Assembly (NCBI GenBank): GCA_051859245.1
Contig: JBHYGA010000001.1
Span: forward strand, 960,001-1,024,000
DNA from: Gemmatimonadaceae bacterium
Lineage (GTDB): Bacteria > Gemmatimonadota > Gemmatimonadetes > Gemmatimonadales > Gemmatimonadaceae
Direction: 5' to 3'
Length of the DNA: 64,000 nt
A model generated the notes under the pieces. It was given only the letters and a program-made list of their open reading frames with translations. It had not been told where the DNA came from and made no database searches. Shown in pieces: positions 8,819 to 19,111 of the stretch. The position numbers and the translations under genes are program-made. Positions within the stretch are counted from its first letter, which is position 1, and every line of letters begins with the position of its first letter.

Positions 8819-10038
8819 GTTCTCGTACACACGACGCGTTTATTGTTGACGGTGTTCGCACGCCGATTGGCAATATTGGTGGTGCGTTAAGCGCGGTGCG
8901 CGCTGATGATCTGGCGGCACACGTGATTCGCGTACTGGTTGCACGTTTCCCGTCGCTTGATCCGGCGCGCATTGCCGATGTCATACTCGGTTGCGCAAAC
9001 CAGGCGGGCGAAGACAATCGCAACGTGGCGCGCATGGCCGCATTGCTCGCTGGGCTGCCGGTGTCCGTGCCGGGTGAAACGGTCAATCGCCTGTGTGCGT
9101 CGGGATTGAGCGCGGTTGCGGGCGCCGCGCGTGCGATTCGATCCGGCGAGGGTGACGTGTATGTGGCAGGCGGCGTAGAGAGCATGACACGCGCGCCGTT
9201 TGTGATGTCGAAAGGCAGTACCGCCTTCGGGCGCGATGTGCAGCTCTTCGATACGAGCCTCGGCTGGCGCTTTGTCAATCCGCGCATGAAGGTACTCTAC
9301 GGCACCGATGCCATGGGTGAGACGGCGGAACACGTGGCCTCGCAGTTTGGCATCTCGCGCGACGATCAGGACGCGTTCGCGGTTCGTTCGCAGCAGAAAG
9401 CGGCCGCTGCGCGTTCGGCCGGTCGGTTTGCGCACGAAATTGCGCCCGTGGAAGTGCCGGCCAAGCGCGGCGCTGCGGTCAACGTTGCGGAGGACGAGTT
9501 CTTGCGTCCTGAAACCACGCTGGAAACACTGGCGAAACTTCGCCCGGCGTTTCGCACGGATGGTCAGGGCAGCGTGACCGCGGGCAACTCGTCTGGGCTG
9601 AATGACGGAGCGGCGGCGCTGTTGATCGCGTCTGGCGAGGCGCTGAAGGACATCGGATTGCAGCCGCGCGCGCGCATTGTTGCGGCGGCGGCCGCTGGCG
9701 TGGAACCGCGCATCATGGGCATTGGTCCGGTGCCGGCCACGCAGCTCGTATTGAAGCGCGCGGGGCTCACACTCGATGACATGGATGTGATTGAGCTCAA
9801 CGAGGCGTTTGCCGCCCAGTCACTCGCCTGCCTGCGCGAACTCGGTATGGCTGATGACGATCCGCGTGTGAATCCCAATGGCGGCGCAATCGCGCTCGGC
9901 CACCCGCTGGGTATGAGTGGCGCCAGGCTCGCGCTCACGGCCACGCGCGAGTTGCATGAACGCAGCGCACGCTTTGCGCTGTGCACGATGTGTATTGGCG
10001 TGGGGCAGGGCTACGCCGTGATTCTTGAGCGCGTGTAA
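8815..10038 (+). CDS. paaJ: 3-oxoadipyl-CoA / 3-oxo-5,6-dehydrosuberyl-CoA thiolase (PaaJ/PcaF)
   Basis: GCANQAGEDNRNVAR, NRLCASG, NEAFA, GHPLGMSG, CIGVGQG. Confidence 0.9.
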   Translation: MSSRTHDAFIVDGVRTPIGNIGGALSAVRADDLAAHVIRVLVARFPSLDPARIADVILGCANQAGEDNRNVARMAALLAGLPVSVPGETVNRLCASGLSAVAGAARAIRSGEGDVYVAGGVESMTRAPFVMSKGSTAFGRDVQLFDTSLGWRFVNPRMKVLYGTDAMGETAEHVASQFGISRDDQDAFAVRSQQKAAAARSAGRFAHEIAPVEVPAKRGAAVNVAEDEFLRPETTLETLAKLRPAFRTDGQGSVTAGNSSGLNDGAAALLIASGEALKDIGLQPRARIVAAAAAGVEPRIMGIGPVPATQLVLKRAGLTLDDMDVIELNEAFAAQSLACLRELGMADDDPRVNPNGGAIALGHPLGMSGARLALTATRELHERSARFALCTMCIGVGQGYAVILERV

Positions 10039-10043
10039 CCACC

Positions 10044-10637
10044 ATGATCTACGCGTTTGATGATTTCATTCCGGTGATTCACGAATCGGCATTCATACAT
10101 CCGCAGGCGGCCGTCACAGGCAACGTGATTATCGGCCGCGATGTGTACGTGGGACCAGGTGCCGCGATTCGTGGCGACTGGGGCGGTATTGTGATTGAAG
10201 ATGGGTGCAATGTGCAGGAGAACTGCACGATTCACATGTTTCCCGGTGTGACCGTGGTGCTTGAAGCTGGCGCGCACATCGGGCATGGCGCCGTGGTGCA
10301 TGGCGCGCGCATTGGTGCGAACACGCTGATTGGCATGAACGCGGTGATCATGGACAATGCCGCGATCGGACAGGGATGCATTGTGGGGGCGCTCACCTTC
10401 GTACCCGCCGATACGGACATCCCCGATCGCAAAGTGGTGGTGGGAAATCCGGCGCGCGTTGTGAAAGACGTGACTGACGAAATGCTCGCGTGGAAAACAG
10501 ACGGCACTGCGCTGTATCGGCAGTTGCCGGCCGCGATGCGCGAGAGCTGGCGCGTGGTGGAACCACTGCGCGACGTGCCCGCCAACAGGCCGACGCAGTC
10601 GAAAGTACTCAAGACCTGGAATCAAACGCGCGGTTGA
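10044..10637 (+). CDS. paaY: PaaY hexapeptide-repeat (gamma-CA-like) thioesterase
   Basis: Hexapeptide repeats, IRGDWG, NVQENCTIH, HIGHGAVVHG. Confidence 0.88.
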   Translation: MIYAFDDFIPVIHESAFIHPQAAVTGNVIIGRDVYVGPGAAIRGDWGGIVIEDGCNVQENCTIHMFPGVTVVLEAGAHIGHGAVVHGARIGANTLIGMNAVIMDNAAIGQGCIVGALTFVPADTDIPDRKVVVGNPARVVKDVTDEMLAWKTDGTALYRQLPAAMRESWRVVEPLRDVPANRPTQSKVLKTWNQTRG

Positions 10638-10689
10638 GCCACGGCTCCCCGTATTCACCCGTGCAGCACGCACGAATCAACGGACTGTG

Positions 10690-12732
10690 ATGACCATGAA
10701 ACTCGGAAACTTCGCGCTCGGCCAATGGGTCGAAGGCACTGGCAAATCGGCCGATCTCATTCACGCGGTAACGGGTGAGAAAATCGGCGAAGCGTCAAGC
10801 GGCGGTCTCGATTTTGGCGCCATGGCGGACTACGCTCGTACCGTGGGCGGTCCATCCATGCGGCGGCTCACTTTCCATGAACGCGCCGCAATGCTCAAAG
10901 CCATGGCGCAGTATCTCATGGAGCGCAAAGAGCAGTTTTACGCGGTGTCTGCTGCAACGGGCGCCACACGCTCGGATAGTTGGGTTGATATCGAGGGTGG
11001 TATCGGCACGTTGTTCGCGTACTCGAGCCGCGGTCGTCGCGAGTTTCCCAACGAAACGTTTCACGTGGAAGGACCCGTTGAAGCGCTAAGCAAAGGTGGG
11101 TCATTTGTTGGGCGCCACATCTGCGTACCGCTCGAAGGCGTGGCTATGCACATCAACGCGTTCAACTTCCCGGTGTGGGGCATGCTGGAAAAGCTGGCGC
11201 CGGCGTTGCTCGCGGGAGTGCCGTGCATCGTGAAGCCTGCGACGGCCACGAGCTATCTCACCGAAATCGTGTTTCGCTCAATGGTGGAGGCCAATATTTT
11301 CCCCGCTGGCGCCATTCAGCTGATTTGCGGAAGTGCAGGCGATCTGCTGAGCCACGTGACCGAGCAGGATGTGGTGGCGTTCACCGGTTCAGCGGCCACT
11401 GGGCAAATGCTCAAAGCCGGCGACGCGATGATGCGTCACTCCGTGCGTTTCAACATGGAAGCGGACTCGCTGAACTGCACGATCCTTGGTCCGGATGCGG
11501 TGCCGGGCACCGAAGAGTTTGATCTGTTCATCAAGGAAGTCGTGCGCGAAATGACCACGAAGGCCGGTCAGAAGTGCACGGCGATCCGGCGCACGATTGT
11601 GCCGGAAGGCATGCAGGAAGATGTCGTGAAGGCACTGTCCGCACGTCTGGCAAAAACGGTCATTGGTGATCCGGCGGTGGACGGCGTTCGCATGGGGCCA
11701 CTGGCCACACATGGTCAGGTGCGCGACGTGGGCGCGGCGGCAGATCGCATTCGTTCGTCCTCCGAATTGGTGTTTGGCGGTGGCGATTTCGAAGTCGTGG
11801 GTGCCGATCGTGAGAAGGGTTCGTTCTTTGGCCCGCGATTACTGGTCTGCAGCAATCCGTTCGAGAGCGACGAGCCGCACGACATCGAGGCGTTTGGTCC
11901 GGTCAACACCGTCATGGCGTACAAGTCGCTCGAAGAAGCGGTGGCGCTCGCTCGTCGCGGTCGTGGTTCGTTGTGTGGTTCGCTGATCACACACGATCCC
12001 AACATCGCGCGTGATGTAATCCTTGGCGTGGCCCCATATCACGGCCGCCTGCTGGTGCTCGATCGCACCAGTGCCAAGGAAAGCACCGGACACGGCTCGC
12101 CGCTCCCGAACCTTGTGCACGGTGGCCCAGGGCGCGCGGGCGGTGGCGAAGAAATGGGTGGCGCGCGTGGAGTGCTGCATTACATGCAGCGTGCCGCGGT
12201 GCAGGGAAGCCCAAGCATGCTCACCGCGATCACGCGTGAATGGAGCAAGGGGGCCGATGCACACACGCACACCGTGCACCCGTTCCGCAAAACGTTCGAT
12301 GAACTGGAGATCGGCGACACACTCTCCACGGGTACGCGCACCATCACGCTCGACGATATTGTGAAGTTTGCCGAGCTCAGTGGTGACAAGTTTTACGCGC
12401 ACATGAATGATGAGGAGGCGCGTAGCAACGGCGTGTTTACCGGACGCGTTGCGCACGGCTACTTCATTGTCTCCGCAGCGGCTGGACTCTTCGTTGATCC
12501 GGAGCTCGGCCCGGTGTTGGCGAACTACGGTATGGAGAACCTGCGGTTCACCAAGCCCGTGTATCCGGGCGATACGATCCAGGTGCGTCTCACCGTGAAA
12601 CAGAAAACTGCCAAGATGCCGCGCGAGGGGGAGATCCCGCAGGGTGTGGTGGAGTGGGACGTCGAGGTCATCAATCAGGACGCCGAGCCGGTGGCCGTCT
12701 ATTCGATTCTGACGCTGGTGAGACGATCGTAG
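10690..12732 (+). CDS. paaZ: Bifunctional oxepin-CoA hydrolase / aldehyde dehydrogenase
   Basis: ALDH domain ([29 protein letters not shown]) fused to a MaoC domain (GDKFYAH, VAHG). Confidence 0.95.
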   Translation: MTMKLGNFALGQWVEGTGKSADLIHAVTGEKIGEASSGGLDFGAMADYARTVGGPSMRRLTFHERAAMLKAMAQYLMERKEQFYAVSAATGATRSDSWVDIEGGIGTLFAYSSRGRREFPNETFHVEGPVEALSKGGSFVGRHICVPLEGVAMHINAFNFPVWGMLEKLAPALLAGVPCIVKPATATSYLTEIVFRSMVEANIFPAGAIQLICGSAGDLLSHVTEQDVVAFTGSAATGQMLKAGDAMMRHSVRFNMEADSLNCTILGPDAVPGTEEFDLFIKEVVREMTTKAGQKCTAIRRTIVPEGMQEDVVKALSARLAKTVIGDPAVDGVRMGPLATHGQVRDVGAAADRIRSSSELVFGGGDFEVVGADREKGSFFGPRLLVCSNPFESDEPHDIEAFGPVNTVMAYKSLEEAVALARRGRGSLCGSLITHDPNIARDVILGVAPYHGRLLVLDRTSAKESTGHGSPLPNLVHGGPGRAGGGEEMGGARGVLHYMQRAAVQGSPSMLTAITREWSKGADAHTHTVHPFRKTFDELEIGDTLSTGTRTITLDDIVKFAELSGDKFYAHMNDEEARSNGVFTGRVAHGYFIVSAAAGLFVDPELGPVLANYGMENLRFTKPVYPGDTIQVRLTVKQKTAKMPREGEIPQGVVEWDVEVINQDAEPVAVYSILTLVRRS

Positions 12733-12778
12733 ATCGTGTGCGGGCCGCACGCCATGCGCGGCGTGAGCGCTGTTTCTA

Positions 12779-12828
12779 TGCATAGATAGAATCTATGCAA
12801 TAACACGATACATTCACTTTGTGTATCG
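12779..12828. promoter_or_regulatory. Two inverted repeats upstream of sbtA; putative LysR operator
   Basis: TGCATAGAT-AGA-ATCTATGCA (perfect 9 bp arms, contains ATAG-N7-CTAT) at 12779-12799 and CGATACA-N9-TGTATCG at 12806-12828, in an AT-rich patch. Confidence 0.65.
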
Positions 12829-12899
12829 AACGGGTCTTCGTCAGTTTGCGGGTCACTCGGTGCGTCGGCGCCGCGTCCCGACCCGCTTCTGACTACCGC

Positions 12900-13883
12900 A
12901 TGCTCGAAACACTGCAAGCCAATCTGCTCTCACCCATTCCGCTCGCGTTCGCCCTCGGCGTCGCGGCGCGGTTGATGAAAAGCGAGTTCTCGCTTCCGCG
13001 GGATTTGTACGCGTCGCTCTCGATCTACCTTCTGTTCGCCCTGGGCCTGAAGGGCGGAGCCGAGTTGGCGCACGCGAGTTTTGATCGTATCGCCTGGCCA
13101 GCTGCAGTGACGCTGCTGCTCGGTTGTATCACCCCCATCACGTCGTTTCTAGTGCTGCGACGGATTGGTGGATTCAGCAGCGCCGATTCGGCCGGAATTG
13201 CGGCGCATTACGGCTCGGTGAGCGCGGTAACGTTCATTGCGGCGCAGCAGTTTCTCGTGCGCATCAACGAGCCGATGGAGGCATTCATGCCAACGCTGCT
13301 CACACTGCTCGAGAGTCCGGGCATTCATGTGGCGTTGGCTATTGGTGCGCTGCAACGAAACCGGTCGCAGCAGACAGACATCGACCATTCGAGTGGGGCC
13401 GTTCGCCAGGTGCTGCACGAAGTGCTCACTGGCCGCACGATGGTGCTGCTCGTGGGTGGTCTGATCGTGGGCTACTTCATGGGCGACAGTGGATGGAAAG
13501 CCGTGAGTCCGTTTTTTGACGGCGGCTTCAAGGGCGCGCTGATGTTGTTCCTGCTCGAGATGGGAATCGTTGCGGGCTCTCGTCTTGGTGATCTGAAAAA
13601 GGTGGGTTCCTTTCTGCTTGGCTTTGGCGTGCTGATGCCGTTGCTCCACGGATCCGCCGGCGTCCTGCTCGGACATTGGGCCGGCCTATCGGTTGGTGGT
13701 TGCACCGTGCTCGGCACCATGGCCGCCAGTGCCAGTTACATCGCCGCGCCACCTGCGGTTCGGCTCACGCTGCCCGAAGCCAATCCCACGTATTCATTGA
13801 CGGCGGCGCTGGCCATCACTTTCCCCTTCAACTTGCTCGCGGGCATTCCCGTGTACTACCGCATCGCACAATCACTGGCCTGA
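12900..13883 (+). CDS. sbtA: Sodium-dependent bicarbonate transport family permease (SbtA-like)
   Basis: SIYLLFALGLKGG, AAHYGSVSAVTF, LESP, LLEMG, ASASYIAAP, TFPFNL..GIP. Confidence 0.88.
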   Translation: MLETLQANLLSPIPLAFALGVAARLMKSEFSLPRDLYASLSIYLLFALGLKGGAELAHASFDRIAWPAAVTLLLGCITPITSFLVLRRIGGFSSADSAGIAAHYGSVSAVTFIAAQQFLVRINEPMEAFMPTLLTLLESPGIHVALAIGALQRNRSQQTDIDHSSGAVRQVLHEVLTGRTMVLLVGGLIVGYFMGDSGWKAVSPFFDGGFKGALMLFLLEMGIVAGSRLGDLKKVGSFLLGFGVLMPLLHGSAGVLLGHWAGLSVGGCTVLGTMAASASYIAAPPAVRLTLPEANPTYSLTAALAITFPFNLLAGIPVYYRIAQSLA

Positions 13884-13893
13884 CGGAGCGCAC

Positions 13894-14214
13894 ATGCATA
13901 CGCATCCATTCAAGTTGGTTACGATCATTGCCGAGCCCGTGCTTGAACCACGCCTGACATCCGAGTTTCGTCAGCTGGGTGCAACAGGATGGACCATTGT
14001 TGAGGGGCGTGGCGAGGGCTCACGCGGCATTCACGCGGCGGAAATTCCTGGCATCAATATTCGTGTGGAAACGATTGTCACGGCCGCTGTCGCTGACAGA
14101 ATCGTCGCGCATCTCGCCCTGAATTACTTCGACGACTACGAAGTCATCGCTTTCGTGACGGACGTGGCCGTGGTTCGCGGCGACAAGTACACGTCGCGCG
14201 CTTCGGAGGTGTGA
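13894..14214 (+). CDS. sbtB: PII-like signal protein (SbtB-like)
   Basis: KLVTIIAE, LGATGWT, GEGSRG, NIRVETIV; directly follows sbtA. Confidence 0.85.
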   Translation: MHTHPFKLVTIIAEPVLEPRLTSEFRQLGATGWTIVEGRGEGSRGIHAAEIPGINIRVETIVTAAVADRIVAHLALNYFDDYEVIAFVTDVAVVRGDKYTSRASEV

Positions 14215-14215
14215 C

Positions 14216-14914
14216 ATGTGCAATTTCTCTGAAAGGACGATTTCGCGGCGTGAGTCACTCGCCTGTTTGGCGGGAGTCGCAGGAGTGGCCTCGGGGCTGC
14301 TGCGGCCGATGCAACTCTCCGCAGCAACGCCCGCCCGCGATACGCCGCAACAAGTGCTGGAATCCCTCTATCAGGGCAACGCACGATTCGTGGGCGGGCA
14401 AAGCGCGTCTCCGCATCGGAGCATGGGGCGTTTGCGGCAGGTCGCCGCAGAGCAGCGGCCGGTGGCTGCCTTTCTCGGGTGCGCGGACTCACGGGTGCCG
14501 GTGGAGATTGTGTTCGATCAGGGTTTTGGCGATGTGTTCGTCACACGAATTGCGGGGAATGTCGCCGATCCTGCCATTATCGGAAGTCTGGAGTTTGGCG
14601 TTGAGGTGTTGGGCGCAAAGGTGTTGTACGTGCTCGGACACTCTCGCTGCGGGGCGGTGTCTGCAACACTTACCGCTGGCGACGTGCCTGGGCAGATTTC
14701 CACGCTCTATCAGCACATTCGGCGCGCCGCAAAGGAATCCGGTGGCGATCTCACGCGTGCCATCCAGCGCAATGTTGAGATACAAGCGGAGATCCTCAGC
14801 GAAGCCTCGCCGGTCATTGCACGTCGCATTGCAGCGAAGCAGCTGATCATTGCGGGCGGCATATACGATCTTGAGTCCGGTCGCGTGCAACCCGTCGCAC
14901 TTCCTTCTGATTGA
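14216..14914 (+). CDS. Beta-class carbonic anhydrase with twin-arginine-like signal
   Basis: GCADSRV and GHSRCGA zinc ligands; N-terminal SRRESL followed by a hydrophobic stretch. Confidence 0.9.
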   Translation: MCNFSERTISRRESLACLAGVAGVASGLLRPMQLSAATPARDTPQQVLESLYQGNARFVGGQSASPHRSMGRLRQVAAEQRPVAAFLGCADSRVPVEIVFDQGFGDVFVTRIAGNVADPAIIGSLEFGVEVLGAKVLYVLGHSRCGAVSATLTAGDVPGQISTLYQHIRRAAKESGGDLTRAIQRNVEIQAEILSEASPVIARRIAAKQLIIAGGIYDLESGRVQPVALPSD

Positions 14915-14933
14915 TTTCCCCAGACTGCCTTAC

Positions 14934-15848
14934 ATGAGTACGCTTTCACTCAATACGCTCAACTATCAGCATTTGTATTACTTCTGGGTCATCGCGCGCG
15001 AAGGCAGTATTGCGCGTGCCAAGACGATCCTGAACTTGACGCAGCCCACGATCAGCACGCAGCTCAAGGTGCTTGAGCAGGCCATCGGATCCAATCTGTT
15101 CGAACGGCGCAGCCGATCGTTGATTCTGACGGAGACCGGGAATCTGGTCTATCGGTATGCCGACGAAATTTTTCGCACGGGCCGCGAACTCACGCAGGCG
15201 CTGGTGCGCGGCGATGCGGCGATGCCCACACGCCTGGTGGTGGGTATTTCGGATTCATTGCCCAAGCTCACCACGTGGCGTTTGTTGCAACCCGCCATGG
15301 CCATCACACCGCGATTCCGCCTGACCTGTCGCATCGACAAAACGGAACGCCTGGTGGCCGACCTTGCGGCGCACGCACTGGATGTGGTGCTCACCGATGC
15401 GCCGGTTTCACCGTCGTTTCCGGTGCGCACGTTCAATCACCTGCTGGGTGAGTGCGGTGTCACCGTGTTCGGAGAGGAGTCACTGGCGCGGCGCTTTCGT
15501 CGTGGCTTTCCGCGCTCGCTGAATGACGCGCCATTCATTTTGCAAACGGAAAACTGTGCGCTCCGCCAGAGCTTCGACGCGTGGTGTATCGCGCACGAAG
15601 TTCGACCGGCGATCGTGTGTGAAGTGGAAGATGTGGCGCTCTTGCAGGTATTTGGACAAGAAGGCATGGGACTGTTCGCCGCGCCAACGGTTGTCGAGAA
15701 CCAGATCCGCAAGCAGTACGGCGTGCGCATTGTGGGCCGACTCGACGAAGTGCGTGAGCGCTTCTATACGGTCAGTGTCGAACGCAAGCTCCTGCATCCC
15801 GGGGTGGTGGCGCTCACGGAGGCCGCGCGCACGCGACTGTTCCGATAG
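14934..15848 (+). CDS. nhaR: NhaR-like LysR transcriptional regulator
   Basis: LNYQHLYYFW..AREGSIARA...LTQPTISTQ, VYRYADEIF, HLLGECGV, FGQEGMG. Confidence 0.85.
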   Translation: MSTLSLNTLNYQHLYYFWVIAREGSIARAKTILNLTQPTISTQLKVLEQAIGSNLFERRSRSLILTETGNLVYRYADEIFRTGRELTQALVRGDAAMPTRLVVGISDSLPKLTTWRLLQPAMAITPRFRLTCRIDKTERLVADLAAHALDVVLTDAPVSPSFPVRTFNHLLGECGVTVFGEESLARRFRRGFPRSLNDAPFILQTENCALRQSFDAWCIAHEVRPAIVCEVEDVALLQVFGQEGMGLFAAPTVVENQIRKQYGVRIVGRLDEVRERFYTVSVERKLLHPGVVALTEAARTRLFR

Positions 15849-15983
15849 GGGGCGTTGGGGACCGGGAGACCGTCGCCGATGAAGTACTGGCTCTTTTGTA
15901 ACGGAGGGGTATCTTCGTCCGCTTCACCGGCACATTGATCCCACGGTGCCGCCGCTCGTCCCCCTCCCCGAAGGATCCGCCCC

Positions 15984-18900
15984 ATGAGAGATGTCGGTCT
16001 TCCGCGCACTGTCGCGCGCTGGTGCGCGTTGGCAGTGCTTCTCGTTACAGGTGGGAGTACAGCGCTTCGTGCCCAGACCAATGTCGGCACGATTACCGGC
16101 ACCGCGAGGGATTCCGCGTCTGGCCAGCCGGTGGCCGCGGTACAGGTCAACGTGGTGGGTACCACCAATGGTGGGCTCACCAACGCGGAGGGACAGTTCA
16201 CCATTCGCGGCGTGCCAGCCGGCCAGGTGACGCTTCGTGCGTTGCGCGTGGGATACTCGGAAACTCGGCAAACGGTCACCGTGGTTGCTGGCCAGACGGC
16301 AACGGCGAACCTCACGTTGCGCACCGTGCCCGTCAGTCTGAGTGCTGTCGTCAGCACGGCGACCGGCGATCGTCGCCGTGTGGAAGTTGGCAATGCAATC
16401 GCGCAGATCGATGCCGCCGAAGTCACGCAGACTCGCGCCGTTGCCAATGTGGCGGACCTGCTCACCTCGCGCGCGGCTGGTGTGATGGTGGTGCCTGGCA
16501 CGCAGACGGGCGCCGGTACTCGCGTTCGCGTGCGCGGCACAAGCTCTATCTCGCTGTCAAACAATCCCATCTACATCATTGACGGTATTCGCGTCACTGG
16601 TGCAACGGGCTCGTCCACGGTGAGTGTTGGCGGCACGACGCCAAGTCGCGTGAACGATATCAACCCTGAAGAAATCGAATCGATTGAAGTGGTGCGCGGT
16701 CCGTCTGCGTCGACGTTGTACGGAACCGATGCCGCCAACGGTGTGATCGTGATTACCACGAAGCGGGGTATCGCGGGCAAGCCGCAGTGGACGTACTACA
16801 CAGAGCAGACGGCACTGACGGATCGCAACTCGTATCCGGCCGCCTATCGCGCGTGGCGGACGGGAACCACCGGAACCACGAACTCCACGCCGGCGAACAC
16901 CGTCCAGTGTTTCCTCTCACAGCAGGCGTCTCGCGCCTGTGTTGCAGACAGCGTGACGAGCTTCAATCTGCACGAAGACTCCGAAACGACCCCATTTGGC
17001 ACTGGCTATCGCCAGCAGCACGGCATCCAGGTGAAAGGCGGCAGTGATGCGGTGCGGTATTTCATGCACGCCGAGTTCGAAGACGAAGACGGCGTCACGC
17101 AGGTTCCAGTCTTCGAGCGCAACTATTTGTCGGCGCGCAATCTCTCCTTGCTCCCGGAGCAGGAGAGTCCAAACCGACTGATTCGGAAGACATTCCGGGC
17201 GAACATGAACATCTCGCTCACGCAGAAGGCCGACATGACCGTGAGCACCGGTTTCACATCGCAGGACTTGCGACTGCCGCAAAGCGACGATTCCGGCACC
17301 TTTGGAATCGCGGCCAACACGTATGGTGGTCCGGGCCAGAAATACAACTTGTCGCCAACTGGCGATACGCTCTACGGTTGGAGACAGTTCACGCCGCGCG
17401 ACATTTTTCAGGCGCAAACGAATCAGGCGATTGAGCGCTTTACGTCTTCCATCGGTACAAACTACCGCGCGACTGACTGGCTTGCCATTCGAGGAACCGG
17501 CGGTCTCGACTTTACGCAGCGTACGGATACGCAGCTGTGCCGCTTCCAGAACTGCCCTGACATCGGCATCAACCGTCAGGGCTTCAAGACCGATAACCGC
17601 ACCAACTTCTACGTCTACACATTTGACGCGAACGCGACGGCCACCAAAGCCTTGTCGTCCGCGATTGAATCAAAGACATCCGTTGGTCTGCAGGTGATTC
17701 GCGACATCCTCGAGCGCAACGGCGCTACGGGCCAGACGCTGCCTCCGGGTGCGGTGACAGTATCGGCTGGTGCCACCAAGTTTGCCGACGAAGCCACCAC
17801 GGAAAGCCGCACGGTTGGTGGGTACATCGAACAGACACTGGCGTTCAATGATCGCCTCTTCGTGACGGGTGCAGTGCGCTCTGATCGCAACAGCGCGTTT
17901 GGTACAAACTTCAAGACGGTCTTCTACCCGAAGCTCGCGGTGTCGTGGGTTGCATCCGACGAAGCGTTCATGCGGGTGCCGAGCTGGATGGATCAGTTGC
18001 GCTTCCGCACCGCGTACGGTGCCTCTGGCGTGCAGCCGGGAAACCTTGACGGTGTGCCGTATTACTCTGTGACAACCGCGCTGGGAGAAAGTGGTGAGCT
18101 GCCTGCGGTTGTGTTCACCACGCTCGGCAACAGCAACCTGCGCCCGGAGCGCTCCACAGAACTTGAGCTCGGCGTTGACGCCACGCTCTTCGGCGGACGC
18201 ATCAACAGCGAACTCACGTACTACAACAAACTGTCCAAAGACGCGCTCATTTCGCGCGTACTGCCTCCCTCGCTCGGCACCGGAGCGACCGCTCGTCTTG
18301 AGAATCTCGGGTCGGTCCGAAACGCCGGATTTGAACTGCTGCTCAATGCACAGATCCTGCAACGTCAGGCGTTTGGATGGGATATCTCCGTGAACGGCTC
18401 GCACAACGACAACGAGCTGGAGAGTCTTGGCGGACAGCCCACCATTGGGGCCACGCAGCAGCAACGCGAAGGGTATCCACTCTCGGGCTGGTGGTCACGC
18501 GCGCTGACCGGCTTTGAGGACAAGAACGGCAACGGGATTATCGAGTACAACGCCAACGCGGCGCTCTCAGAAATCACGGTGACCGATACCTCGGTGTTCC
18601 TTGGTTACGCCATTCCGCGCACGGAACTCGCCTTCACGAACGGCATCGATCTGCTGAACCGACGCATTCGTGTGACGGCAATGATCGACTACAAGGGCGG
18701 GCACAAGGTCTACAACAATACGGAGCGCATTCGCTGCGCCAGCCGCTTCAATTGTCAGGCGCTTGTTGATCCCAACGCATCGCTTGAAGAGCAGGCGCGC
18801 GTGGTGATGGTGCGCGAACATCCGAGTCGGTCGGTTGCGGGCTACTTCGAGGACGGTGATTTTCTTCGTCTTCGCGAGCTGGCGATCACCTACCAGCTGC

Positions 18901-19097
18901 CCGAGGCGTGGGCGTCGCGGTTGTTCCGCGGACGCAGCATGACCGCCACGGCATCAGCGCGCAATCTCGGTATCCTCTGGACGAAGTACACGGGCGTGGA
19001 CCCCGAAGCATTCGGTACGACCGGTGATGCACCGTCGTCGTTTCAGGCGTTCGCTCCCCCCACGTATTTCGCGCTCCGCTTCAACTTCGGCTTCTGA
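15984..19097 (+). CDS. SusC/RagA-family TonB-dependent outer membrane receptor
   Basis: Carboxypeptidase-regulatory-like N-domain, PIYIIDG, DINPEEIESIEVVRGPSASTLYG..AANGVIVITTKRG, C-terminal Phe. Confidence 0.93.
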   Translation: MRDVGLPRTVARWCALAVLLVTGGSTALRAQTNVGTITGTARDSASGQPVAAVQVNVVGTTNGGLTNAEGQFTIRGVPAGQVTLRALRVGYSETRQTVTVVAGQTATANLTLRTVPVSLSAVVSTATGDRRRVEVGNAIAQIDAAEVTQTRAVANVADLLTSRAAGVMVVPGTQTGAGTRVRVRGTSSISLSNNPIYIIDGIRVTGATGSSTVSVGGTTPSRVNDINPEEIESIEVVRGPSASTLYGTDAANGVIVITTKRGIAGKPQWTYYTEQTALTDRNSYPAAYRAWRTGTTGTTNSTPANTVQCFLSQQASRACVADSVTSFNLHEDSETTPFGTGYRQQHGIQVKGGSDAVRYFMHAEFEDEDGVTQVPVFERNYLSARNLSLLPEQESPNRLIRKTFRANMNISLTQKADMTVSTGFTSQDLRLPQSDDSGTFGIAANTYGGPGQKYNLSPTGDTLYGWRQFTPRDIFQAQTNQAIERFTSSIGTNYRATDWLAIRGTGGLDFTQRTDTQLCRFQNCPDIGINRQGFKTDNRTNFYVYTFDANATATKALSSAIESKTSVGLQVIRDILERNGATGQTLPPGAVTVSAGATKFADEATTESRTVGGYIEQTLAFNDRLFVTGAVRSDRNSAFGTNFKTVFYPKLAVSWVASDEAFMRVPSWMDQLRFRTAYGASGVQPGNLDGVPYYSVTTALGESGELPAVVFTTLGNSNLRPERSTELELGVDATLFGGRINSELTYYNKLSKDALISRVLPPSLGTGATARLENLGSVRNAGFELLLNAQILQRQAFGWDISVNGSHNDNELESLGGQPTIGATQQQREGYPLSGWWSRALTGFEDKNGNGIIEYNANAALSEITVTDTSVFLGYAIPRTELAFTNGIDLLNRRIRVTAMIDYKGGHKVYNNTERIRCASRFNCQALVDPNASLEEQARVVMVREHPSRSVAGYFEDGDFLRLRELAITYQLPEAWASRLFRGRSMTATASARNLGILWTKYTGVDPEAFGTTGDAPSSFQAFAPPTYFALRFNFGF

Positions 19098-19111
19098 GGA
19101 GATCGATCCGC

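Noticed and set aside
7565..8830. 421 aa antisense ORF over paaH and similar long reverse ORFs
   Set aside because: Fully overlap well-supported genes, with no recognisable motifs; typical of high-GC DNA
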